Source: an uncultured Prevotellaceae bacterium (GTDB lineage Bacteria > Bacteroidota > Bacteroidia > Bacteroidales > Bacteroidaceae). Taken from it: a DNA stretch of 64,000 nucleotides. Made by a program: the position numbers and the translations under genes. The stretch lies in assembly GCA_902771785.1 (NCBI GenBank), contig CACXYH010000004.1, positions 5,849 to 69,848 on the forward strand, written 5' to 3'. Each line of letters begins with the position of its first letter. The stretch's first letter is position 1. A model generated the notes under the pieces. That model was not told the DNA's origin. It was given only the letters and a program-made list of their open reading frames with translations, and did not search any database. This document shows positions 1 to 9,293 of this stretch, one piece after another.

Positions 1-878
1 AGGTTGGCAATGGTGATGCTCAGCACGACCACGATGTAGAGCAGGGGCTCCCAATAGGCAGTCATCGGGGCAAACACCTTCATGAGGATGATGGCGAGGG
101 TGAGCGCGGCGGCTCCCTTCGACACAACGCTCAGGTAACCCGTAACGGGAGTGGGCGCACCCTGATAGGTGTCGGCCGTCCAGAAGTGGAAGGGCACGAG
201 CGAAATCTTGAAGCCCAGTCCGCTGAAGAAGAACACCAGACCCAGAACGGGCAGGGCCACGTTGAGCAGACCCTGAGACTCGGCAAAGCGGGCCGTCAGA
301 GCCGTAGCCACATCGCCGAAATAGAGCGTGCCGGCAGCAGCATAGACGAACGAGATGCCATAGAGCATGATGCCGCTGGAGAACGTAGCCGTCAGGATAT
401 ACTTGGCGGCTGCTTCGGCAGAGTCTTTCTTCAGCTTGTCGAGGGCCACGAGGCATGCCATGGGCACGGAGGCCATCTCAAGACCGAGGAAGAACATGAG
501 GAAATGGCCACTCGACATCATGACATACATGCCAAGGAGCGTCGAGAACACCAGCTCATAGAACTCGCCGGCCACCTTCTGACGACCGTCGACCCAGGGC
601 TGAGCCATGACGACGACAATCAGCGTACCGAAGGTGAGGATAATCTTCATCACGTTGACCATCTCCGAGGTGACGTAGAGTCCGCCGAAAGCCTCGGTGG
701 GGTCTTGCAGACCGAACATGAGGCAGGTCTGCATGAGGAGTGCGCCCGTTGCAATAAGTCCCAGTTTGCGCGACTTCTGCTCGTCCTTCATGAGGAAGAG
801 GTCGGCAAAGAAAACTATCAGGAGCTCAAGGACGAGGAATGCCTCGGGCATCATTTCTAAGAATTGACTGTAATTCAT
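1..878 (-). CDS. nuoN: NADH-quinone oxidoreductase subunit N (partial; C-terminus lies beyond window start)
   Basis: The minus-strand frame is open from the window edge to the ATG at 876-878, which is why it is absent from the ORF track. My translation starts MNYSQFLEMMPEAF and contains VPFHFWTADTYQGAPTPVTGYLSVVS, an ND2/NuoN hallmark. It is the last gene in nuoA-N order. The + ORF 186..860 is its antisense shadow. Confidence 0.85.
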   Translation of the reverse strand, partial: MNYSQFLEMMPEAFLVLELLIVFFADLFLMKDEQKSRKLGLIATGALLMQTCLMFGLQDPTEAFGGLYVTSEMVNVMKIILTFGTLIVVVMAQPWVDGRQKVAGEFYELVFSTLLGMYVMMSSGHFLMFFLGLEMASVPMACLVALDKLKKDSAEAAAKYILTATFSSGIMLYGISFVYAAAGTLYFGDVATALTARFAESQGLLNVALPVLGLVFFFSGLGFKISLVPFHFWTADTYQGAPTPVTGYLSVVSKGAAALTLAIILMKVFAPMTAYWEPLLYIVVVLSITIAN

Positions 879-897
879 ACTGTTTGTCCTCCTTTCG

Positions 898-2421
898 TTA
901 CATTACACCAATTTGTTGAAGTATCGTGCCTGCCGAGGGCGAGATGATGTTGCTCACCCAGAAGGGGAACGAACCAAGGCCTGCGACGCAGAAGATGAGG
1001 CAAATCACGGCAACGCGCTCGTCCCATGTAGCATCGGTCAGCTCCAGGTAGTGCTTGTTCTCAACCTCGCCGTAGAGGATCTTACCGACAACGCGCAGGA
1101 TGTAGACTGCCGTGACGACAATCGACATACAGGCAATGATCGTGGCCACCATGCGGAATGAGTCGTTGGGGTCGCCAATGAGGGGGTGAGCACCAAACGA
1201 GCCTACGAAGATGGTCATCTCAGCAATGAAGCCCGAGAAGCCAGGAAGGCCCAGGTTGGCCAGACCGGCAATGACGTAACCCACGGAGAGGAACGGCATG
1301 ATCTTCATCAGACCGGCCAGCTGGCGGATGTCACGCGTGTGGGTACGACCGTAAATCATACCGATGAGGGCAAAGAAGAGAGCCGTCATCAGACCGTGAG
1401 AGAGCATCTGCAGGATGGCACCCGTTACGGCGGTCTGGCTCATCATCAGCAGGGCAAAGAGCACGAGGCCGCAATGCGAAACCGACGAGTAGGCGTTGAT
1501 GTACTTCAGGTCGGTCTGCACGCAGGCCGAGAGTGCACCATAGACTACCGAAATCGTGGTCAGAATGAGGAATATCCACGAGAGCTCCTGAGCTGCGTCG
1601 GGCAGCAGATACATGGCAACGCGGAAGCAGCCATAGCCTCCCAGCTTCATGAGCACACCGGCATGGAGCATCGAGACGGCGGTAGGTGCCGAAGCATGAC
1701 CGTCGGGCGACCAAGTGTGGAACGGGAACAGGGCTCCCAGCACACCGAAGCCGATGAAGATGAAGGGGAAGAAGGCGCTCTGGATGCCGACAGGAATCAT
1801 GTGCGACGTCAGAGCAATCTCGTTGACGTTCATCGTGTAAGTGCCACTATAGAGGCCATTGAAGTAGTAGATGCCGAGGATGCCCAGAATGAGCAGGGCC
1901 GAACCGCCCATCAGCATCAGCGTCAGCTTCATGGCTGCATACTCCTTCTTGCCCGAACCCCATACACCAATGAGCAGGTACATAGGAATGAGAGCCACCT
2001 CATAGAACATGAACATGGCAAACATGTCGGTACAGATGAAGAAGCCGAACACACCCGTAGAAAGGAGGGTGAACCAAAGGAAGTACTCCTTGGTGAGGGG
2101 CTTGAGCTGCCAGGAGGCAAAGGTACCCGTGAAGACGATGATGCTCGAAAGGAGCAACATGACGACCGAGATACCGTCGACGCCAACAGCATAGGCTATG
2201 TTGAGCGGCTTGAACCAAGGTGTAGAGGCAACGAGGAGCATCTGGTCGGTGTTGCCGGCGGCACGCTCCTGAATGAAATAAATCGTCAGCCAGATGGAGA
2301 GGACAAGCAGACAGCTGGAACCTGCCACCATCACGCCACGCACCTGATTGAGGTTGCGGGCAATCCACAATCCCAGAAGCATCAGAGCGGGGATTACTAC
2401 GAATAAGCTAAGTATATTCAT
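898..2421 (-). CDS. nuoM: NADH-quinone oxidoreductase subunit M
   Basis: 507-aa polytopic membrane ORF with the ND4/NuoM hallmark FPFHTWSPDGHASAPTAVSMLHAGVLMKLGGYG. It lies between nuoL and nuoN. Confidence 0.9.
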   Translation of the reverse strand: MNILSLFVVIPALMLLGLWIARNLNQVRGVMVAGSSCLLVLSIWLTIYFIQERAAGNTDQMLLVASTPWFKPLNIAYAVGVDGISVVMLLLSSIIVFTGTFASWQLKPLTKEYFLWFTLLSTGVFGFFICTDMFAMFMFYEVALIPMYLLIGVWGSGKKEYAAMKLTLMLMGGSALLILGILGIYYFNGLYSGTYTMNVNEIALTSHMIPVGIQSAFFPFIFIGFGVLGALFPFHTWSPDGHASAPTAVSMLHAGVLMKLGGYGCFRVAMYLLPDAAQELSWIFLILTTISVVYGALSACVQTDLKYINAYSSVSHCGLVLFALLMMSQTAVTGAILQMLSHGLMTALFFALIGMIYGRTHTRDIRQLAGLMKIMPFLSVGYVIAGLANLGLPGFSGFIAEMTIFVGSFGAHPLIGDPNDSFRMVATIIACMSIVVTAVYILRVVGKILYGEVENKHYLELTDATWDERVAVICLIFCVAGLGSFPFWVSNIISPSAGTILQQIGVM

Positions 2422-2427
2422 ATCGGT

Positions 2428-4413
2428 TTAGATGCATAAAAGGATTAATACTAATGCTACGGCACCCGTCAGGAACCAGACGGCATACTGACGTACGTCG
2501 CCGCTCTGCCAGGGACGAATGCTCTCGCCTGCCTCATTGGCTCCCCATGCCAGGAAGTTGAACGTACCATCGACGACGTGACGGTCGAACCAGGCAATAG
2601 GCGTAGAGACGCAACGGAAGATGATGCGATGAGTGACATACTGCCAAATCTCGTCCTGATAGAAACGCTTGTAGGCTGCACGATGCAACTTCGGGAACGT
2701 CTTGTAGAGACGATCGGCAATGGGCTGGCTCTCACCCTTATAAATATAGGTGGCGAGACAGATGCTCAGAATGGCAATAATCGTTGAGGTGGCAGCAATC
2801 TGCGGGTCGAAGTGGATGGTGTAGTCCTGACCGCTGGCGCTGACGAAAGCACCAAACGAACCGCCCCAGCCAAGGAAACCGCCCAGCGTGGTGTAGATAC
2901 CGACACCCAGGGTGATGACGGTAAGCACGATGAGGGGTATGGTCATCGTAGCAGGTGCCTCATGGGGCGTGTGGTGCTCGTGGGCCTCCACATTCTCGGT
3001 TCCCCAGAAGATGCCGTAGTACAGACGGAACATGTAGAAAGCGGTCATAGCGGCAATGCCCGTCATAATCCATCCCACTACAGGACTGTAGTGCATGCAG
3101 GCGGTGATAATCTCATCCTTCGAGCTGAAGCCCGAGAAGAAGGGAATACCGGCAATGGCCAGACACGAAATGAGGAACGTGACGTGGGTGACAGGCATGT
3201 ACTTACGCAGTCCGCCCATGTAGAACATCTCGTTGGAATGCACGGCATGGATGATGCAACCGGCACCCAGGAAGAGGCAAGCCTTGAACATGGCGTGGGT
3301 GAACAGATGGAACATACCGGCCATGTAGCCCAGCTGAGCGTGGTTGTCGAGTATAGCCTCGTGGCCGGGGAGCGACACGCCGAGGGCCACCATCATGAAG
3401 GCAATCTGAGAGATGGTGGAGAAGGCCAGCACACGCTTGATGTCGCTCTGGGCGCAAGCCACGGCAGCGGCATAGAAAGCGGTAATCACGCCTACCCACA
3501 CCACGATGCTCATGGCCTCGGGGGCATACTGAATCCACAAGGGGAACATGCGGGCAATCTGATAGACACCGGCTACGACCATGGTAGCGGCATGGATGAG
3601 TGCCGACACAGGGGTCGGGCCCTCCATGGCATCGGGCAGCCAGATGTGCAAGGGGAACATGGCACTCTTACCGGCACCACCAATGAACATCAGCACGAGG
3701 GCCGTGGGGATGATGCAGGCACCAGCCGTAACGGCCTTGGCCATGTTGCCTTCGATGAAAGGAGTCGTGCCCTGCCCCATCACGATGTCGCCAGCAAACG
3801 AGAAGCTGAACGAGTCGGTGTAGTAGCCGAAGGTCAAGATACCGATCAGGAAGAACATATCGGCAAAGCGGGTCACGATGAAGGCCTTCTTCGAGGCTGC
3901 AATGGCGGGCTTCAAGGGATAGTAGAAGCCGATGAGCAGGTAAGAAGAAACACCCACGAGCTCCCAGAACATATACATCTGGAAGATGTTGGTGGCCAGC
4001 ACCAGTCCGAGCATCGACATGGTGAAGAGGCTCAGGAAGGCATAGTAGCGCTGGAAGCCCTTCTCGCCGTGCATGTAGCCAAACGAGTAGATGTGCACCA
4101 TGAGCGACACGGTTGAGATGACAATCAGCATCATGACCGAAATCGGGTCGAGCAGGATACCCATGTCGAAGTGCAAGTTGCCCAGGGGCAACCAAGTGAA
4201 GTTGTAGGGAACAATCGTCTGATAGATGCCGTTCACGCGGTCGGCAGTAAAATACTGGAAGGCCGTCATGTAAGACAGGATGGTGACGAGTCCCAAAGAG
4301 CATGTGCCGATAAGTCCGGCCACCTTATGCTGCATCTTCATACCTGCCAGTCCCAACACGAGGAACGACAGCAGCGGCAGCAAAAGAATGAAAGCTGTAT
4401 ATCCGTATTCCAT
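2428..4413 (-). CDS. nuoL: NADH-quinone oxidoreductase subunit L
   Basis: 661-aa membrane ORF with the ND5/NuoL hallmark FPLHIWLPDAMEGPTPVSALIHAATMVVAGVY and the long C-terminal extension typical of NuoL. Confidence 0.9.
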   Translation of the reverse strand: MEYGYTAFILLLPLLSFLVLGLAGMKMQHKVAGLIGTCSLGLVTILSYMTAFQYFTADRVNGIYQTIVPYNFTWLPLGNLHFDMGILLDPISVMMLIVISTVSLMVHIYSFGYMHGEKGFQRYYAFLSLFTMSMLGLVLATNIFQMYMFWELVGVSSYLLIGFYYPLKPAIAASKKAFIVTRFADMFFLIGILTFGYYTDSFSFSFAGDIVMGQGTTPFIEGNMAKAVTAGACIIPTALVLMFIGGAGKSAMFPLHIWLPDAMEGPTPVSALIHAATMVVAGVYQIARMFPLWIQYAPEAMSIVVWVGVITAFYAAAVACAQSDIKRVLAFSTISQIAFMMVALGVSLPGHEAILDNHAQLGYMAGMFHLFTHAMFKACLFLGAGCIIHAVHSNEMFYMGGLRKYMPVTHVTFLISCLAIAGIPFFSGFSSKDEIITACMHYSPVVGWIMTGIAAMTAFYMFRLYYGIFWGTENVEAHEHHTPHEAPATMTIPLIVLTVITLGVGIYTTLGGFLGWGGSFGAFVSASGQDYTIHFDPQIAATSTIIAILSICLATYIYKGESQPIADRLYKTFPKLHRAAYKRFYQDEIWQYVTHRIIFRCVSTPIAWFDRHVVDGTFNFLAWGANEAGESIRPWQSGDVRQYAVWFLTGAVALVLILLCI

Positions 4414-4421
4414 ATCCTATG

Positions 4422-4730
4422 TTATCTTTTCAAGTTGGTGATACTGTCTACGGTGTCACTCTTGAAGTTACGGTAGACATTGAGGATAATCGCAATAGCC
4501 ACGGCACTCTCGGCTGCACTCACGCCAATGGAGAAGAGGGTCATGAAGAAGCCCTCGTTCAGTCCGGGGAAGAGCAGGCGGTTGATGGCTGCAAAGTTGA
4601 TGTCGACGGCATTGAGCACCAGTTCAATCGAGATGAGCATGGCTATCAGGTTGCGGCGCGAGATGAAGCCGTAGACGCCGATGAAGAACAATAGTGCGCT
4701 GAGCACCAGGAAATATTGTACAGGTATCAT
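4422..4730 (-). CDS. nuoK: NADH-quinone oxidoreductase subunit K
   Basis: ORF 4422..4778 trimmed to the internal Met (MIPVQYFLVLSALLF...; ATG complement at 4728-4730), which sits just after the nuoJ stop at 4736. About 102 aa with three TM helices and the ND4L-like AAESAVAIAII motif. Confidence 0.8.
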   Translation of the reverse strand: MIPVQYFLVLSALLFFIGVYGFISRRNLIAMLISIELVLNAVDINFAAINRLLFPGLNEGFFMTLFSIGVSAAESAVAIAIILNVYRNFKSDTVDSITNLKR

Positions 4731-4735
4731 AGTCA

Positions 4736-5251
4736 CTACTCCTCCTTTCTTGCTACAACCAAGCCGCCGATGATACATGCCAGCAGGAACACCGAGATGA
4801 ACTCGAACGGCAAAACATACTGATACTTCTCACTACCCACGAGGGCTGTTCCGATCTTCGCCATGGGCACCTCGGTGTCCATGACCTGACCGGCCATGCA
4901 GATGAACTTGTTCTTGAGCACGATGAATGTCACGGTTGCCAAGCCTACCAGCGACATGAATGCGCCGAAGATGACACGTGAACCCTTCATGCGCTCCACC
5001 ATTCCCTGGAGAGTGCGCTTGCTGACGAGCTGGATGGCAAAGACATAAATCATTGTCACGCCACCGGCATAGATGCTGATTTGGGCAGCACCCAGGAAAG
5101 TATAGTCGAGCAGGAAGTAAAGACCTGCCACGCCAAAGAGCACGAACAACATGAACGTTGCGGCCCGCATGATGCGCGTCGTCGTCACACAAAGCACGGC
5201 AGAGCCGAGGATGACGACCGCAAGGATGCAAAACATTACTATATTTGCCAT
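4736..5251 (-). CDS. nuoJ: NADH-quinone oxidoreductase subunit J
   Basis: 171-aa hydrophobic ORF in the conserved position between nuoI and nuoK, with ND6-like size and topology. Confidence 0.8.
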   Translation of the reverse strand: MANIVMFCILAVVILGSAVLCVTTTRIMRAATFMLFVLFGVAGLYFLLDYTFLGAAQISIYAGGVTMIYVFAIQLVSKRTLQGMVERMKGSRVIFGAFMSLVGLATVTFIVLKNKFICMAGQVMDTEVPMAKIGTALVGSEKYQYVLPFEFISVFLLACIIGGLVVARKEE

Positions 5252-5257
5252 AGTCGC

Positions 5258-5803
5258 TTACTTCGTTTTAGTGTTAAACTTACCGATAGTCAGCTCGGCG
5301 CCGCCGTCGATGAGGTTGGGCAGCGAACCGCCCTTGTATACCTCCTTGTCGAGGTGAAGCACGAGGCGGTTGCGGTCGAAGACTGCATTCTCGAAATCGT
5401 TGGTAAACTCGATTGCGCCGAAGTTGCAGGCATTGGTACAGAGCTGGCAGAACATGCAGTCGCCCAGGTCGTACAGATAGTCGTCGAGCACCTTCTTCTT
5501 CTTGCCCGTCTCGGGGTCTTCGGCCATGTGGGCCGTGATTTTGATGGTGCCGTTCGGACATGCCTTCTCGCACAATGTGCAAGCCGTACACTTGTAGGCT
5601 CCGTCGTCCGTGCGCTTGAACACCAAGCGGCCACGGTGGCGCTTAGCCACGTGGAGTGTGGTCTTGCGGTTCTCGGGGTACTGCTCCGTCGACTTGTTGG
5701 TGAAGAAGTCCTTGAAGTATTCCTTCCAGGTGACCTTCATGCCAGTAGCCAGCGTCTTGATGCCGTGCCCGAGTTCTCCGAAATATGATTTGTTTTCTTC
5801 CAT
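5258..5803 (-). CDS. nuoI: NADH-quinone oxidoreductase subunit I (2x[4Fe-4S] ferredoxin-type)
   Basis: Two Cys clusters, CTACTLCEKACP and CMFCQLCTNAC. Position between nuoH and nuoJ. Confidence 0.9.
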   Translation of the reverse strand: MEENKSYFGELGHGIKTLATGMKVTWKEYFKDFFTNKSTEQYPENRKTTLHVAKRHRGRLVFKRTDDGAYKCTACTLCEKACPNGTIKITAHMAEDPETGKKKKVLDDYLYDLGDCMFCQLCTNACNFGAIEFTNDFENAVFDRNRLVLHLDKEVYKGGSLPNLIDGGAELTIGKFNTKTK

Positions 5804-5807
5804 TTTT

Positions 5808-5861
5808 CTTGCTAGTATTTCTAGTTTTTCTAGATTTCCTAATTACTCTAGTCTTTCTAGT
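5808..5861 (-). repeat. Six tandem ~9-nt units (ACTAGAAAN-like) in the nuoH-nuoI intercistronic spacer
   Basis: mRNA sense reads ACTAGAAAG ACTAGAGTA ATTAGGAAA TCTAGAAAA ACTAGAAAT ACTAGCAAG, followed by AAAAATG (the nuoI start). Five CTAG tetramers lie at 5812, 5821, 5830, 5848 and 5857. Confidence 0.8.
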
Positions 5862-5869
5862 ACACCTTA

Positions 5870-6955
5870 TTAAATATATAGGCCAAGGGCCACCACAACC
5901 GTCATCAGGACGAGGTTGATGAGTGCCAGCGGCATGAGGTACTTCCACTCGAGCTTCAGTATCTGGTCGATACGCAGGCGGGGGAAGGTCCACTTAATCC
6001 ACATGAGCACCCACACGAGGGCGAAGGTCTTGCCCATGAACCAGACGATGCCGGGGATGTAGTTCATCAGATTGTCGAAGGCCTCGATGCCAATGTTGAC
6101 GGGAGCCCAGCCACCCAGGAATACTGCAGCGGCGATACCTGCGATGATAAACAGGTTGAGGAACTCGGCCAGATAGAAGAAGCCGAAGCCCATGCCGCTA
6201 TACTCGGTATGATGGCCTGCCGTCAGCTCGCTCTCTGCCTCGGCCATGTCGAATGGGCCACGGTTGGCCTCGGCATTACCGGCGATGAGGAACACGAAGA
6301 AGGCGATGAGTGCAGGGATGTGTCCCTGGAAGATGAGCCACTTCCATGGGCCTGTCTGAGCCTCGACGATGCCCGACATCTGCATGGTGCCCGTCAGGAT
6401 GACGGCCGTAATGAGGCAGAGGCAGAGCGACATCTCATAGGAGATCATCTGCACGGCTCCACGCATGGCCGACACAACAGAATACTTGTTGTTGGAGGCC
6501 CAGCCTGCCAGGAAGATACCGACGACGCCTATCGAGGAGACGGCCGTCAGCAGGAACACGCCCACGTTGAAGTCGAGTATCGTGGCACCATTGTTCCAGG
6601 GCAGGAACGAGAAGGCTCCGACGGAACCAATAATCACAAGGAAGGGAGCGACGATGTAGAGCAGCTTGTCGGCCTTGTCGACGAAGAAAATCTCCTTGAT
6701 GAGCATCTTCAGCACGTCGGCAAAGACCTGCAGCAGTCCCCAGTAGCCTACGCGCATCGGGCCGAGACGGCACTGGAAGTAGGCGCAGACCTTACGCTCC
6801 ATGAAAATAAGCACGATGGCGATGAGGGCATAACCCACGAGGATGGCCACTCCCACCAGCACGCATTCAATCAATATCGACCAGAAATCTCCCAACCCCA
6901 GCGTCTGGCGCAGGAGAGCGTCGAACCATTGTGTAATAATACTAAAATCGAACAT
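5870..6955 (-). CDS. nuoH: NADH-quinone oxidoreductase subunit H
   Basis: 361-aa membrane ORF with the ND1/NuoH hallmark ERKVCAYFQCRLGPMRVGYWGLLQVFADVLKMLIKE. Confidence 0.9.
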   Translation of the reverse strand: MFDFSIITQWFDALLRQTLGLGDFWSILIECVLVGVAILVGYALIAIVLIFMERKVCAYFQCRLGPMRVGYWGLLQVFADVLKMLIKEIFFVDKADKLLYIVAPFLVIIGSVGAFSFLPWNNGATILDFNVGVFLLTAVSSIGVVGIFLAGWASNNKYSVVSAMRGAVQMISYEMSLCLCLITAVILTGTMQMSGIVEAQTGPWKWLIFQGHIPALIAFFVFLIAGNAEANRGPFDMAEAESELTAGHHTEYSGMGFGFFYLAEFLNLFIIAGIAAAVFLGGWAPVNIGIEAFDNLMNYIPGIVWFMGKTFALVWVLMWIKWTFPRLRIDQILKLEWKYLMPLALINLVLMTVVVALGLYI

Positions 6956-6969
6956 AATCCTAAACGCTT

Positions 6970-8583
6970 TTATCGGTCAATATCAGGAATTACAAAGTCA
7001 ATAGCGGCACCCGTGGCCACGAGGTCGGCAATCTTCTGGCCGCGCAGCATGGGGTCGAGTGCACCCGTCAGCGAGAGGCCCATGGGGCGCATCTTCAGAC
7101 GGTAGGGGCTCTTGTCGCCACGTGAGTCGAGGTAGACGCCGAACTCGCCGCTGGCTCCCTCGACGGAGAAGTACCATTGTCCCTCGGGCACCTTGATGAT
7201 GGGCTTCTGCTTCACGTAGAAGTCGCCCTCGGGAATGTTGTCGATGAGCTGCTCGATGATGTGCAGGCTCTGATACATCTCGGTGATGTGGCAGGTGTAG
7301 CGGTCCATCGTGTCGCAGCCGGTCATGGTGACCTGCTCCCACTCTACCTTGTCGTACATGTCGTAGGGATGGTTCTTGCGCACGTCATTCTTCCAGCCCG
7401 AGGCGCGTCCGGCAGGACCGGTGACGGCGTAGGAGATGCAGTCGTCCATCGACATGGGTCCTACGTTCTCGAAGCGGTTGTGGGTGATGACGTTGTCGCC
7501 AAACACGTCGACGTACTCCTGGATGATGGGCTTCATATACTTCACGAGGTCCTTCACGTTCTTCACGAAGTTGGGGTCGATGTCGTCCTGCAGTCCGCCT
7601 ATTCTGTAATAGTTCTGAATGAGGCGTCCGCCGGTGGTCTCTTCCATGCAGTTGAGCACGTGCTCGCGGTCGCGCATAGAATAGAGGAATGCCGTCAGGG
7701 CGCCCATATCCTGAGCGCAGCAGCCTACGTAGAGCAGGTGCGAGTCGAGTCGCTGCAGCTCGTCCATGATGGTGCGAATGTACTTGATTCGGTCGGTGAG
7801 CTCAACGCCCATTCCCTCCTCGATGACGCCAACGAGGGCGTGGCGATGCATCATGGCACTCAGGTAGTTAAGACGGTCGGTTAAAGCAAGCGTTTGCGGA
7901 TAGGTCATCTGCTCGCACATCTTCTCGATGCCGCGGTGGATGTAGCCCAGGTGGGGATACACGCGCTTGACGACCTCGCCGTCGAGCACCGTCTGCAGAC
8001 GGAGCACGCCGTGGGTTGAGGGGTGCTGCGGGCCGATGTTGATGACGTAGTCGTCGGCTACAAAGAGCTTGTTCTGCTTCGACTGCAGGTTGCCCTCCTT
8101 GTCGAGATAGTACTCCAGACCGTAGTCGGGCTCCACGTCGTCGTCGAGCGAATATTCGTCGTTGAACTTCCAGTCCTTGCGGAAGGGATATCCCTTGAAG
8201 TCGCTACGCAGGAAGAGGCGGCGCATGTCGGGATGTCCGAGGAAGACGATGCCGAAGAAGTCGTAGACCTCGCGCTCCAGCAGGTCGGCCACTTTCCAGA
8301 TGTTGACTACTGAGGGTATGTAGGGAATGAGCTGGCCGTCGGTCTCGCCCGTTCCGTTTGAGGCAATGCCGTCGCCACAGACCTGCGTCTTGGCCAGCAT
8401 CTTCACCGAGCAGCGCTCGTGGGTCTTGGTGTTCTCGAGAATGTAGATGCACCCGAGTCCCTCTTCTGCGCCGAAGTCTTCGCCCACGATGGTGACCAGG
8501 TAATCGAAGCCTTTCTTGCTCTTCAAGTTCTGCATCTCAGAGGCGAACTTGTCAAATTCGAATGTTAGGAATTCCAGTTTCAT
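6970..8583 (-). CDS. nuoCD: NADH-quinone oxidoreductase fused subunit C/D
   Basis: 537 aa. The N-terminal part has the NuoC motif EREVYDFFGIVFLGHPDMRRL and the C-terminal part has the NuoD motif NIGPQHPSTHGVLRL. It is a single uninterrupted frame. Confidence 0.9.
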   Translation of the reverse strand: MKLEFLTFEFDKFASEMQNLKSKKGFDYLVTIVGEDFGAEEGLGCIYILENTKTHERCSVKMLAKTQVCGDGIASNGTGETDGQLIPYIPSVVNIWKVADLLEREVYDFFGIVFLGHPDMRRLFLRSDFKGYPFRKDWKFNDEYSLDDDVEPDYGLEYYLDKEGNLQSKQNKLFVADDYVINIGPQHPSTHGVLRLQTVLDGEVVKRVYPHLGYIHRGIEKMCEQMTYPQTLALTDRLNYLSAMMHRHALVGVIEEGMGVELTDRIKYIRTIMDELQRLDSHLLYVGCCAQDMGALTAFLYSMRDREHVLNCMEETTGGRLIQNYYRIGGLQDDIDPNFVKNVKDLVKYMKPIIQEYVDVFGDNVITHNRFENVGPMSMDDCISYAVTGPAGRASGWKNDVRKNHPYDMYDKVEWEQVTMTGCDTMDRYTCHITEMYQSLHIIEQLIDNIPEGDFYVKQKPIIKVPEGQWYFSVEGASGEFGVYLDSRGDKSPYRLKMRPMGLSLTGALDPMLRGQKIADLVATGAAIDFVIPDIDR

Positions 8584-9293
8584 GCGTTCTCCTCCTTTTC
8601 TTTCTTTAGTTCTTCTACGAACTCCTTGGGCACGTCGGTCACCACAATCGGCTCGCGGCGATGGTCGCCCAGTTGGTTGCGGAACGTCAGCTCTTCGTTC
8701 GACACGCCCAGCGCAGCCTCTTCGCGGGTCTGCTTGTGGTTGGCGCCACCGAAGAATTTCTCAATCTTGACCTTGCGCTGCAGCTGCATCATGCCATACA
8801 TGATGGCCTCTGGACGGGGCGGACAGCCAGGAATGAACACGTCGACGGGCACGATCTCCTCGATGCCCTTCACCACATGATAGCTCGACTTGAAGGGGCC
8901 TCCGCTGATGGCGCAGCCGCCAACGGCGATGACATACTTCGGCTCGGCCATCTCGTCGTACAGACGCTTCAGGGCGGGAGCCATCTTGTGGGTAATCGTG
9001 CCGGCACACATAATCAGGTCGGCCTGTCTGGGGGAGTTGCGCGTCACCTCGAAACCGAAGCGGGCAAAGTCGTAACGGGCACAACCGCAGGCCATGAACT
9101 CGATGCCGCAGCAGCTGGTAGCGAACGTAAGCGACCAAAGCGAGTTGGCACGTCCCCAGTTGATGAGCTTGTCGAGCGAGCCCGTAATCACGTTGACGCC
9201 ACCCTCATGGAGCTCGTCAACGAGCTTCTCCAGCGTAGAGTTGTCGTTCCACTCTTCGTAGGGAATGCTCTTGATCTTCGGCTTCATTTCCAT
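8580..9293 (-). CDS. nuoB: NADH-quinone oxidoreductase subunit B
   Basis: ORF 8580..9512 trimmed to MEMKPKIKSIPYEEW (ATG complement 9291-9293), because the upstream extension lies inside nuoA. It carries the NuoB N2-cluster cysteines CCGIEFMACG, GGCAISGGPF and IPGCPPRPE. Confidence 0.85.
   Translation of the reverse strand: MEMKPKIKSIPYEEWNDNSTLEKLVDELHEGGVNVITGSLDKLINWGRANSLWSLTFATSCCGIEFMACGCARYDFARFGFEVTRNSPRQADLIMCAGTITHKMAPALKRLYDEMAEPKYVIAVGGCAISGGPFKSSYHVVKGIEEIVPVDVFIPGCPPRPEAIMYGMMQLQRKVKIEKFFGGANHKQTREEAALGVSNEELTFRNQLGDHRREPIVVTDVPKEFVEELKKEKEENA

Noticed and set aside
1186-4116. Long + strand ORFs (1186..2406, 406 aa; 2812..4116, 434 aa) opposite nuoM/nuoL.
   Set aside because: Their translations are low-complexity and rich in H/E/G/R/D, with no motifs. 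They lie fully antisense to genes with unmistakable ND4/ND5 hallmarks. This is the typical antisense open frame of codon-biased genes.
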